DNA from: Candidatus Latescibacterota bacterium
GTDB taxonomy: Bacteria; Latescibacterota; CBDEFO01
Reading direction: 5' to 3'
Assembly (NCBI GenBank): GCA_965248755.1
Contig: OZ252149.1
Location: forward strand, 3,488,001-3,552,000
Length of the DNA: 64,000 nt
In this document: positions 10,319 through 19,038 of the stretch, one piece after another
Layout: every line of letters starts with the position of its first letter
Position numbering within the stretch: the first letter of the stretch is position 1
The notes under the pieces: model-generated
Told to the model about the DNA's origin: nothing
Databases searched by the model: none
The model's input: the letters and a program-made list of their open reading frames with translations, nothing else
Made by a program: the position numbers and the translations under genes

Positions 10319-10659
10319 ATGAACGCTGTCGGGCTTTCAATACCGAGGCCGACGGGTGGATTTGAACTCTACACGTGGTTTTTTATGAGAGTTTCGGGAG
10401 TTCTACTCTTATTCTTGGCACTTTGATATTTAGCCGTAATGCACATTATCCATAACGTGGACGAGATCAATTACGATTTCGTGGCGGGTCGCTACACTCA
10501 AGACCTCTTCTGCACGGGTTGAACGGCTTGAGAACAGTGATTGACGATTATGTCCATGCGAAAGGCTGGAGAGTCTTAACGCTGACTCTTATCTACACTC
10601 TGGGTTTTATATTCCTGGTTATCGGTTCTTTAGTGATCGTCACTTTTCAACCAGTTTAA
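10319..10659 (+). pseudogene. sdhD: Succinate dehydrogenase membrane anchor with an in-frame TGA (10424-10426) and an internal deletion/frameshift near 10500
   Basis: FELYTWFFMRVSGVLLLFLAL*YL.VMH..INYDFVAGRY, then in a new frame LLHGLNGLRTVIDDYVH. Confidence 0.85.
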
Positions 10660-10677
10660 GAAACAAAGGAGAACAAA

Positions 10678-11103
10678 ATGGACGAAGAGCGCAGCAGATC
10701 CGATAATAGCCTTGCCACACTGCTTTTGCGGCTTGCTCTTGGGGTCGTGTTCTTCTTCTTCGGTATAGGCAAATTCCCCGACTACAGCGGATACGCAGAG
10801 GGAATGCTCAAAAATTTCAGCCAGACGTGGCTTCCTTCTGTTCTGCTCTATCCCTTTGTCTATGCGCTTCCCTTCGTAGAGGCAATAGGCGGCGCGCTGC
10901 TCATAATCGGCTTATTTACCCGCAAGGCCCTCGTTGTAATAGGAGTTCTGAGCGTACTACTTGTGTTCGGAATGGTCGTTCAGGGAGATTCTTCGGTTGT
11001 CGCCCGCAATGCCATATATGTCCTGATAACGGCCTTTGCGCTTGTGACTTCTAAAGATGATCGGTATTCTGTAGATGCTCTGCGGTCTAAGGGAGAGAAA
11101 TAG
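10678..11103 (+). CDS. DoxX family membrane protein
   Basis: LLRLALG.FF.FG..K; E..GG.LLIIGLFTR; YSVD; four hydrophobic segments. Confidence 0.88.
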   Translation: MDEERSRSDNSLATLLLRLALGVVFFFFGIGKFPDYSGYAEGMLKNFSQTWLPSVLLYPFVYALPFVEAIGGALLIIGLFTRKALVVIGVLSVLLVFGMVVQGDSSVVARNAIYVLITAFALVTSKDDRYSVDALRSKGEK

Positions 11104-11220
11104 TAGGAAGGCGACTCTTGCCGGCGTTGATCAGGATTCAGATGCTTCAGCGGTACGAGATAAGCCAGTGAGCGTAACATAGGTTATACATCGTTACTAC
11201 CTGCAACAGCATTCTTTGTC

Positions 11221-11709
11221 TTATTCCTCACAGATGTACGCAAGGACTTCGACAGCCTGTTCGAGGGTTTCAACGACTGCATGGGCGCGACCGTCCACTT
11301 CTTTCAGGGAGTGTCGGAAGCCGGGGCCGTGAACTACAATAACGGGCTTGCCGTGGCGGGCGGCTTCTGCTATATCGCTGGCGGTATTCCACTGACGCAA
11401 GCCTTTCTGCTCTTCGTCAAAGAAGGCGATCAGGACGTCGCATTTGGAGATCCAGATACCGGTGCGCAGATCGTTGATCCTCCCACCGAGGTCGTCCTGG
11501 ACCCTGGAAAAGAAATCGGAGGATCCGACATTGTCCTGGGTAATATCCTGGGTTTCCACACCTATGGCGTCGCTTCGGCCATGGTCCTCACAGGGGCCTT
11601 TGAATATGACCGGAAGGTTGCGCTCCTCGCACATTTGTCGTACACGCTCGCGCCAGCCGCCGTGGATGTGGCCAGCCAGGTAGATGAGCAGGGAATCAGA
11701 ACGAGCCAT
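11221..11709 (-). CDS. YtoQ family protein (nucleoside 2-deoxyribosyltransferase-like)
   Basis: IYLAGHIH..WR, H.RSDAIG, QWNTA.D, H.LKEVD. Confidence 0.8.
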   Translation of the reverse strand: MARSDSLLIYLAGHIHGGWRERVRQMCEERNLPVIFKGPCEDHGRSDAIGVETQDITQDNVGSSDFFSRVQDDLGGRINDLRTGIWISKCDVLIAFFDEEQKGLRQWNTASDIAEAARHGKPVIVVHGPGFRHSLKEVDGRAHAVVETLEQAVEVLAYICEE

Positions 11710-11791
11710 TTTTCATTCCTTTCTGAGTATAAGAATAGACAGCTTTTTTCACACGCTTCTTATTTGTAGTTCCTATAACTGCCTGCTTTAG

Positions 11792-11936
11792 CTACACGGA
11801 ATCTGGCCGTCCAGACTGCGCCGAGCGATAGGCAGCATCCAGAACCTCCGATTGTTCTCGTACCGACCTCGCCGGGCCCCCATTAGGTGTCATCCACGCC
11901 CAGGATTAGATCCACGAAGTTATTGGGCGGCCTCCT
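11792..11936 (-). pseudogene. Degenerate copy of the 3' end of the Gfo/Idh/MocA gene (shard A)
   Basis: PPNNFVDLILGVD...GEVG...EVLDAAYRSAQSG matches the C-terminus of 14276..15325. Confidence 0.8.
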
Positions 11937-12563
11937 TCAACTCAGATCGTACCTTCCCGTTGCCAGGAGGTATCCCAGCCAGGCGATCCCTAAGGTGTAC
12001 ACCAACGACACGAAGACACTAAGGTGCTGAATCACAGCAGGGAGCAACGGCCAAACCCCAACCAGCAAGGAACCCGCGACTACAAGGCAAACAGGCATTG
12101 CCGGGAACGTGTGAGCCTTTAGAAGAGCCAGTCCGAAGACGGCGTAGCCCACAGCGAAGAGAATCGGGCCTAAATAGAACACCATTCTCACAACCGGATC
12201 CGCTGGATCCGAGCCTGGGTTGAAGCCATACTCAGAAATGAACTCCGGGTGCTGCGCTATGACGAGCGGATAGATGAATCCTGACCAGTACAATTTGCCG
12301 AGGTAGAGGACTAGGCTTACACAGGCGACAAGGAAACCCCCGAAGCCAAAGGCACCCACGTTCTTGGCAGTTGCGCTGTACAGCCCAACCAGGCCCAGGA
12401 AGTTCATAAGGAAGCCAAGGACGATCAGGATGTGGCCAAAGAGCCACATGACGTGATTCGATCCAGATGAGTCATGCGGGTGGACCGAGAACCCAATCGT
12501 GACGAGGATCCCACTACCGGTCAGGGCTACGCCGGCTAGTTTGATTAGTCTCTCTGTCGTCAT
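11937..12563 (-). CDS. Multi-pass membrane protein, integron-cassette-like
   Basis: About 6 hydrophobic segments; begins GTTAGCC-N-GGAGG-ATG directly after an attC site; its own downstream attC is missing. Confidence 0.75.
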   Translation of the reverse strand: MTTERLIKLAGVALTGSGILVTIGFSVHPHDSSGSNHVMWLFGHILIVLGFLMNFLGLVGLYSATAKNVGAFGFGGFLVACVSLVLYLGKLYWSGFIYPLVIAQHPEFISEYGFNPGSDPADPVVRMVFYLGPILFAVGYAVFGLALLKAHTFPAMPVCLVVAGSLLVGVWPLLPAVIQHLSVFVSLVYTLGIAWLGYLLATGRYDLS

Positions 12564-12582
12564 CCGCGCCTCCAGCAAGTCC

Positions 12583-12653
12583 GGCTAACGTATGGATCAC
12601 CTGCTTTGCGAAGCCGCAGGCGAAGCAACGTCAGGTGCAGCCAGTTGTTCGGT
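12583..12653 (-). mobile_element. Integron attC site (71 bp)
   Basis: Minus strand ACCGAAC aactggctgCACCTGacgTTGCTTCGcctgcggctTCGCAAagCAGGTGatccatac GTTAGCC: R''/L''/L'/R' palindrome. Confidence 0.8.
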
Positions 12654-12847
12654 GACGGAATCGGGTCCTGCAGCGCCAAGCATAGGCAGCATCCAGAACC
12701 TCGATCGCTCACATGCCGACCTCTCCGGGCACCCAGAAAGTGTTGTCCACCCCTAAGATGAGATCCACAAAATTGTTGGGCGGACTGTCGCAACTGTAGT
12801 CCCCGGTTGCCGGGTCCAATTCCATCAGAAAGTCATCGCCGTCGAAC
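12654..12847 (-). pseudogene. Second degenerate copy of the 3' end of the Gfo/Idh/MocA gene (shard B), lying between two attC sites
   Basis: FDGDDFLMELDPATGDYSCDSPPNNFVDLILG...GEVGM*AIEVLDAAY aligns with 14276-14477. Confidence 0.85.
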
Positions 12848-12912
12848 GGCGAAGCTTAGCGGTGACGACTCAGCGCAGCGAATGAATCGTCCGCTACAGA
12901 GACTTGTTCGCC
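12841..12912 (-). mobile_element. Integron attC site (72 bp)
   Basis: Minus strand GGCGAAC aagtctctgTAGCGGacgattca...tgagtcgtcaCCGCTAagcttcgcc GTTCGAC; starts 8 nt after the stop codon; R'' is the exact complement of GTTCGCC at 14074-14080. Confidence 0.85.
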
Positions 12913-12919
12913 GCTTCTT

Positions 12920-14058
12920 CTATATCTTTACAAGGTACTTGGTTATGTAATCCCGTGGCAGCTGATTTTCTTTAGCGCCCTCCTCAACAATCCTGACGTA
13001 GTCTGGATTGGGAGGGTCAGTCGTGAAAGATTTGGAGATAAAGGTCTTTGCTATGATCGGGACCTCACCTGTCTCCGTCCACACTTCGATCACATTGTAA
13101 TACTTTTCATATACGTCACGTAGACGCGCGAAGTCGTAACAATCGATCTCATAGCAGACGCCCCAGGTACCTTCACGATCTGAGCATACAATGTTTGCCT
13201 TTGATGTACCGTCCTTTGACTTCTTATTGTAGCGAAAAGTGTAGCCGTGGAGCCATGCCTTGATCTTTTTGTGTACATACTGAACGCGACAGCGAAACTG
13301 TTTTGTTTTCAGATTACTGCCATACGCGAAATAGAAGCAGCGCTCGACTTGTGCAATGTCATCCATTTTTCGAATGAAATGCTCTTGCAGCGGTTTGCTG
13401 CGAAGTAAGTCCTCGCGATAGGCGCCGATGCAATCGAGGAGAGCCTTCTGAAAAGCATCCCGGTATATCACAAGACCATTTCCATTCCGGTCCATCACAC
13501 AAGTCGGGTCGCTTTCCTTTGCGGCCCTCACCTTTGATCCGTATTTCGTCGAGGCCTCGTGGAGGAGCCCGCTGCGGATATGATGGTAAAACCTTTTGGC
13601 ATCTCCCCGATCAAAAACCCCCGCGAAGGGAGCGCGCTTGGTTAGGAAAGACACGAACAAGCCGGCGCTTGATGTATACTCGTTAGGCTGCGTGTGACGT
13701 GCTAATTGTTCTGGCGTGATCATCAGTTTATTGGCAATTTCCTTCCGGTCAGCCTCGTCGAGGGGTAGACGGTAGACCTTCCCTTGATAAAGGGCTTCAA
13801 GGAACTCCAACAGCACACATTGGAGGGCAGAGGCGGAGTGCCCCTCACCGAGCCTTTTATTGATCGCGAGAATAGACTGGATTGGATTCAGGAAGCGGGT
13901 GTCATCCTTAGCCGGAAGAAATCGTAAGCTTCCTCCCATTTATTTATGTTCTTCGGGTCATCGATTAACGAAGCGCGAAGCGCTAGCCAATGATCAACGG
14001 TCTTATAACCCGCTATCCGCGTGTCAGTCGGAATTGATGATGGGTGAGACTGGGCCAT
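12920..14058 (-). pseudogene. Integron cassette gene: unknown N-terminal domain fused to a gamma-glutamylcyclotransferase (AIG2-like) domain; one-base frameshift near 13904
   Basis: GTTCGCC-AAAGGAAAGAG-ATG at 14058 reads MAQSHP...KWEEAYDFFRLR, then DTRFLNPIQ in the track frame; C-terminal YFAYGSNL...P.PDY motif. Confidence 0.75.
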
Positions 14059-14275
14059 CTCTTTCCTTTATGTGGCGAACTAGGGCTTATACAGTTTTCT
14101 ATGCTAAGCACCTATATACAGCTATTTGAGCTATATAAGACCCCAGTGAAATATTAAGAATAAACCTGTAATATTAAAAATATCATTCTGTTAAGTCACA
14201 ATTATCAGCGGTATTTCTACTCATAATTCACACACAATGCCTTTCTCTCTGAAGTTCTCATGAATATCAGCTATA

Positions 14276-15325
14276 CTACACTACCTCCGTCTTTCCTGAC
14301 TTCGCCGATCTGTAGGCAGCGTCCAGAACCTCGATCGCTCTCATACCGACCTCGCCGGGCGCCCAGCAGGAGTCATCATTTCCCAAGATAAGATCCACAA
14401 AATTGTTGGGCGGACCTTCGCAACTGTAGACTCCGGCGGCCGGGTCCAGTTCCATCAGAAAGTCATCTCCGTCGAACCTCTGAACATCCATCCGGGCGCG
14501 ATCCATGTCCACCATAAGCATCCCCTCTGTCCCATAGACGCGCACATCCACCTGGAATCTTGCCTGATCCGGAACAAAGGCCGTTCCGAAGATCGTGCCG
14601 ATAGCTCCGCCTTCGAACTCCGCGCTTATGGCAATATTGATCTCCACCTCTGCGCCGGGGCTGGTGGTCCGGGCATAGACGTTGCTCGGCTTCAGGTCAG
14701 TCAGAAGGAAAAGCATCCCGAGGGCGTGCGTCAGATTCGCCAGGCCGTAGCCTCCGCCTGCCACCTTTGGATCTGCCCATGTCTCCTTATCGGGTCTGAA
14801 GAACATCTCACCGTGGATGAACTCCTGGCCGCGAAGGAGACTAACGATAGGCGATGACTGCTGGCAATGGATCGCCTCGATCTTGCCGACCACTCCGGCG
14901 TCCATCCGCCGCTTGGCCTCCTGGATATAGGGTTTATAGTGCCAGCCGTGCGGGATCATAAGGGTCAGGTTCTTTTCCTTAGCCGTTGCTACAAGATCAC
15001 GAGCGTGATCGGCATTTGTAGTTAGAGGTTTTTCGCACATCACGTGACAGCCGGCCTCGAGCGCCGCCGTGGCATGCTCATAGTGCATGGTATGCGGCGA
15101 AGCGACTACGACGCCGTCCAGTTCGTTATCCGATAATAGCTTCTGATAGTCCTCAGTTATGTATTCGAACCCGAACGTATCCTGAAGTCGCTTCAATTCT
15201 GACATGCCGATCCGGCAGACCGCTGCGAGCTCCACATCGTCCCGCTTTTTTAAGACAGGAATGTGGTTAGAACTTGCCCACCATCCCGCGCCGATTACGC
15301 CGATTCGCACCTTGCCATTCTTCAT
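14276..15325 (-). CDS. Gfo/Idh/MocA family oxidoreductase
   Basis: IGVIGAG, VVVASPH..H, HVMCEKP, GGG.....TH, AAYRSA. Confidence 0.93.
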   Translation of the reverse strand: MKNGKVRIGVIGAGWWASSNHIPVLKKRDDVELAAVCRIGMSELKRLQDTFGFEYITEDYQKLLSDNELDGVVVASPHTMHYEHATAALEAGCHVMCEKPLTTNADHARDLVATAKEKNLTLMIPHGWHYKPYIQEAKRRMDAGVVGKIEAIHCQQSSPIVSLLRGQEFIHGEMFFRPDKETWADPKVAGGGYGLANLTHALGMLFLLTDLKPSNVYARTTSPGAEVEINIAISAEFEGGAIGTIFGTAFVPDQARFQVDVRVYGTEGMLMVDMDRARMDVQRFDGDDFLMELDPAAGVYSCEGPPNNFVDLILGNDDSCWAPGEVGMRAIEVLDAAYRSAKSGKTEVV

Positions 15326-15430
15326 CTTAAGCCTCCATCTTAACGCAGTAGACGATAGATTCCGCAGGCGCGTACAGGGGCGCGCTACGCTTGGTGAATC
15401 CCTGCCCTGACGTGTATATTCATCTCTCCA

Positions 15431-16786
15431 TCAGTCTTCAGGAGGCGGTGTACGACCTCCGCTAAACATAGTGGGCTTTTGGGTTCCTGTCGGCCAGTAG
15501 CCGTCGGGGTCCTCGTCCCACAGATTTCCACACACCCTGGAGATAACGCGCCATTCCGCAGCGCCCATGTCGACCGTCGAGTGGTGCACGAAACGCTTCA
15601 GCCCCGCCCGCTGGCAGGCCTGTAGAATACGGTAAAGGTCTGTCGCCGGCATCTGGTCGCCGGCGTGAGAAGCACGTCCGGTGTCCACCCAGCAGATAAC
15701 TTTATCGTCATCTCCAACAGCCTCCAACGCCCGCTTCGTTTCGCTGTAGACGGTTTCTGTGAAGAATTCCTCTGGAAATCCTACCTCGTCCATATCCGTC
15801 AGCGAGCCTATGCCCGGAAGTTCGATACCAAGCAAGGCCTTCACCACCGTAAAGCAGTCCTCTTCTGTCAGTGTAGAATTCCATTTGGCGAGCCTCTTCA
15901 CCCAGCGCGAGATTGTCCCGTACATCCCGTCGAAGCCCCGGTGCCAGAAATAGTGCTTCGGGAAGATATAGTCCAGGATAGGCCCCAGACGCTGATAGTT
16001 CTGTCCGGTGAGCGAAGAGAAGGCGGCTGAGCGTGGGATGCCGCCGATTTCGACCTTCCTGTCCAGTTTGTCAAACTCGGCGCGGACGGCAGCCATGGAC
16101 GCTATGGTCTTCTCCTCTCGTGCGCGCAGCCAGTAGAGGACGTCTTCGTTGATGTCGAACAGGGTGAGCGCGGACAGCATACCTCCCGGAGCGTGATAGC
16201 GTACGAGGTCCGGCGTCAGATTGTGAAAGCGCTTCCGCAGATGCGCTATACCGCGCTCCATACGGACGGTATCCAGGCCCATCTGTTCGAAGATCTCCTG
16301 TTCGTGCTCGCGTATCTCGAACACCTGGCCGCCGTGATGAAAGGCCAGCTCGTAATGGTTTTCTCCCGGACCGTCTATGATCTTGCCGTGCACCTGCGGA
16401 TAGGCCTTGACCAGGTCCAGCGCCGAGGCAGCGCCGCTGATGGCGCCAAAGGGATCCTGTTCCACAGGAAGACTGCTCCCCTGCGGCAGGGAGCCGCCAA
16501 AGACCATAATGTGCCAGCCGCGAGCGGCGGCATCGTCCAGCATCGCATGAAAACGTCGTTCCTTTTCCGGATCTGTCGGGGCCTCCGGCGGCGGGGGAAC
16601 GCCGAACGATTCATAGATGGCCGGATCGGCGCGGTACGTCGGAATTTGTGTACCGTCGTCCTGTTGGAAAAACATGCGCCCAATGATAATGCCCCTCATG
16701 CCCCCGTCGTGCCATGCATCGAAAGTGCGCTTATAATCGTCCAGCCAGTGTTCAAACGGGTTGTCTACGGATTTCCATACTTTCAT
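15431..16786 (-). CDS. Hypothetical protein (possible TIM-barrel hydrolase), copy 1 of a near-identical pair
   Basis: 451-aa open frame with GAAAGGA RBS; near-identical to 17578..18933; no motif recognised with certainty. Confidence 0.7.
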   Translation of the reverse strand: MKVWKSVDNPFEHWLDDYKRTFDAWHDGGMRGIIIGRMFFQQDDGTQIPTYRADPAIYESFGVPPPPEAPTDPEKERRFHAMLDDAAARGWHIMVFGGSLPQGSSLPVEQDPFGAISGAASALDLVKAYPQVHGKIIDGPGENHYELAFHHGGQVFEIREHEQEIFEQMGLDTVRMERGIAHLRKRFHNLTPDLVRYHAPGGMLSALTLFDINEDVLYWLRAREEKTIASMAAVRAEFDKLDRKVEIGGIPRSAAFSSLTGQNYQRLGPILDYIFPKHYFWHRGFDGMYGTISRWVKRLAKWNSTLTEEDCFTVVKALLGIELPGIGSLTDMDEVGFPEEFFTETVYSETKRALEAVGDDDKVICWVDTGRASHAGDQMPATDLYRILQACQRAGLKRFVHHSTVDMGAAEWRVISRVCGNLWDEDPDGYWPTGTQKPTMFSGGRTPPPED

Positions 16787-16809
16787 ATGGCGGTCCTTTC
16801 TCAAATGTC

Positions 16810-17449
16810 AATTTGCCTCTGCTCGAAGCGGTGGAATTCGGGAACGGCCCCCACTCTACATCCATGCCGATCCTGCGCGAATTGTAGCCGAAACGCTCGT
16901 CGTCCGGAGCGGGCTGCTGCCAGACGCGATCGTTCCGCCAGATTTCAGCCTCTTTGTGCTCCCCGTCCGCACTGAACTCGAAGTAATCGTCTTCACCGCC
17001 GGCGTCCAGGAAGAAACCGAAGTTGGTACCGTAATTGCTTGCCGGAGTGTACTCGATCCCGAAGGAGGGTAGCACCTCCGGTACATGGTTGATCTACGAG
17101 GACGAGGCCTGGCCCCCGGTTTGGTTAACGATGAAATCACATCGTAGATCGTCGGGTGGCTGCCAATGGCCCTGAAATAGGGGTGGTGATGGTACATGTT
17201 CGACATTAGTCGAACACGATCGCGTCGCGGTAGTTCCGTGCGGTCTTTCATCTCCGGTTCCCAAAACGTATAGAAGTAATCGGGTAGCCAACCTTCGTAC
17301 GCCGTTACTGGTTTGAGTTCACCGTCGAGCAGACGATCAATCATCCGATCAAGTTCGAGCAGATCGCTTCCCGAGATCAGCCGCCGAATAATCAGATAAC
17401 CTTGGCGTTCGAACTGTTTTCGCTGTTGTGAATCGATTGCCATCTGCAA
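16810..17449 (-). pseudogene. Chimeric remnant: N-terminal part of a PhyH-family dioxygenase (17449-~17125) joined to a C-terminal fragment of another gene
   Basis: QFERQGYLIIRRL...HP.I.DVISSL is typical of a PhyH N-terminus but the HxD motif is absent; downstream frame reads NFGFFLDAGGEDDY. Confidence 0.6.
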
Positions 17450-17577
17450 GCTTTCTCTGTCAGTTTGCCATCAGGATAGAGTGACACGCTAAAGGATGAA
17501 GCAGCTCGTTATCAGCAGGATATTATGGGGCGGTACCCGCCTTACTCCATTCGGCGACGTGTATATTCATCTCTCCA

Positions 17578-18933
17578 TCAGTCTTCAGGAGGTGGTGTGA
17601 GACCTCCGCTAAACATAGTGGGCTTTTGGGTGCCTGTCGGCCAGTAGCCGTCGGGGTCCTCGTCCCACAGATTTCCACACACCCTGGAGATAACGCGCCA
17701 TTCCGCAGCGCCCATGTTGACCGAGGAGTGGTGCATGAAACGCTTCAGCCCCGCCCGCTGGCAGGCCTGTAGAATACGGTAAAGGTCTGTCGGCGGCATC
17801 TGGTCGCCGGCGTGAGAAGCGCGTCCGGTGTCCACCCAGCAGATAACTTTATCGTCATCTCCAACAGCCTCCAGCGCCCGCTTCGTTTCGCTGTAGACGG
17901 TTTCTGTGAAGAATTCCTCTGGAAATCCTACCTCGTCCATATCCGTCAGCGAGCCTATGCCCGGAAGTTCGATACCAAGCAAGGCCTTCACCACCGTAAA
18001 GCAGTCCTCTTCTGTCAGTGTAGAATTCCATTTGGCGAGCCTCTTCACCCAGCGCGAGATTGTCCCGTACATCCCGTCGAAGCCCCGGTGCCAGAAATAG
18101 TGCTTCGGGAAGATATAGTCCAGGATAGGCCCCAGACGCTGATAGTTCTGTCCGGTGAGCGAAGAGAAGGCGGCTGAGCGTGGGATGCCGCCGATTTCGA
18201 CCTTCCTGTCCAGTTTGTCAAACTCGGCGCGGACGGCAGCCATGGACGCTATGGTCTTCTCCTCTCGTGCGCGCAGCCAGTAGAGGACGTCTTCGTTGAT
18301 GTCGAACAGGGTGAGCGCGGACAGCATACCTCCCGGAGCGTGATAGCGTACGAGGTCCGGCGTCAGATTGTGAAAGCGTTTCCGCAGATGCGCTATACCG
18401 CGCTCCATACGGACGGTATCCAGTCCCATCTGTTCGAACATCGCCTGTTCGTGTTCGCGTATCTCGAACACCTGGCCGCCGTGATGAAAGGCCAACTCGT
18501 AATGGTTTTCTCCCGGACCGTCTATGATCTTGCCGTGCACCTGCGGATAGGCCTTGACCAGGTCCAGGGCCGAGGCAGCGCCGCTGATGGCGCCAAAGGG
18601 ATCCCGTTCCACAGGAAGCCTACCTTCCTGCGGCAGGGAGCCGCCAAAGACCATAATGTGCCAGCCGCGAGCGGCGGCATCGTCCAGCATCGCATGAAAA
18701 CGTCGTTCCTTTTCCGGATCTGTCGGGGCCTCCGGAGGCGGGGGAACGCCGAACGATTTATAGATGGCCGGATCGGCGCGGTACATGGGAATGTGTGTAC
18801 CGTCGTCCTGTTGAAAAAACATACGGCCAATGACAATGCCCCTCATGCCCCCATCGTGCCAGGCATCGAAAGTGCGTTCATAATCGTCCAGCCATTGTTC
18901 AAGGGGGTTGTGAACGAATGTCCATACTTTCAT
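17578..18933 (-). CDS. Hypothetical protein, copy 2 of the pair
   Basis: Paralog of 15431..16786. Confidence 0.7.
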   Translation of the reverse strand: MKVWTFVHNPLEQWLDDYERTFDAWHDGGMRGIVIGRMFFQQDDGTHIPMYRADPAIYKSFGVPPPPEAPTDPEKERRFHAMLDDAAARGWHIMVFGGSLPQEGRLPVERDPFGAISGAASALDLVKAYPQVHGKIIDGPGENHYELAFHHGGQVFEIREHEQAMFEQMGLDTVRMERGIAHLRKRFHNLTPDLVRYHAPGGMLSALTLFDINEDVLYWLRAREEKTIASMAAVRAEFDKLDRKVEIGGIPRSAAFSSLTGQNYQRLGPILDYIFPKHYFWHRGFDGMYGTISRWVKRLAKWNSTLTEEDCFTVVKALLGIELPGIGSLTDMDEVGFPEEFFTETVYSETKRALEAVGDDDKVICWVDTGRASHAGDQMPPTDLYRILQACQRAGLKRFMHHSSVNMGAAEWRVISRVCGNLWDEDPDGYWPTGTQKPTMFSGGLTPPPED

Positions 18934-19038
18934 ACGGCACTCCTTTCTCAAATGTTAAGAGTGAAAGAGCGGGGGAGGGGAGATTACCCGGCTCCACCGT
19001 CTAAGCGAAACCGCCTCCGCCGGCATCCTGCTGCCCGC

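Larger units (their letters stand above)
15409..18955. repeat. 1.4-kb direct duplication (15409-16808 / 17556-18955)
   Basis: Colinear with a 2147-bp offset, including the RBS and ~20 bp after the stop. Confidence 0.95.

Noticed and set aside
9953..10659. TGA recoding (Trp, Gly or Sec) in sdhC/sdhD
   Set aside because: Many intact genes here (e.g. rpmA) end in TGA, the two stops appear to replace different residues, and sdhD is also frameshifted
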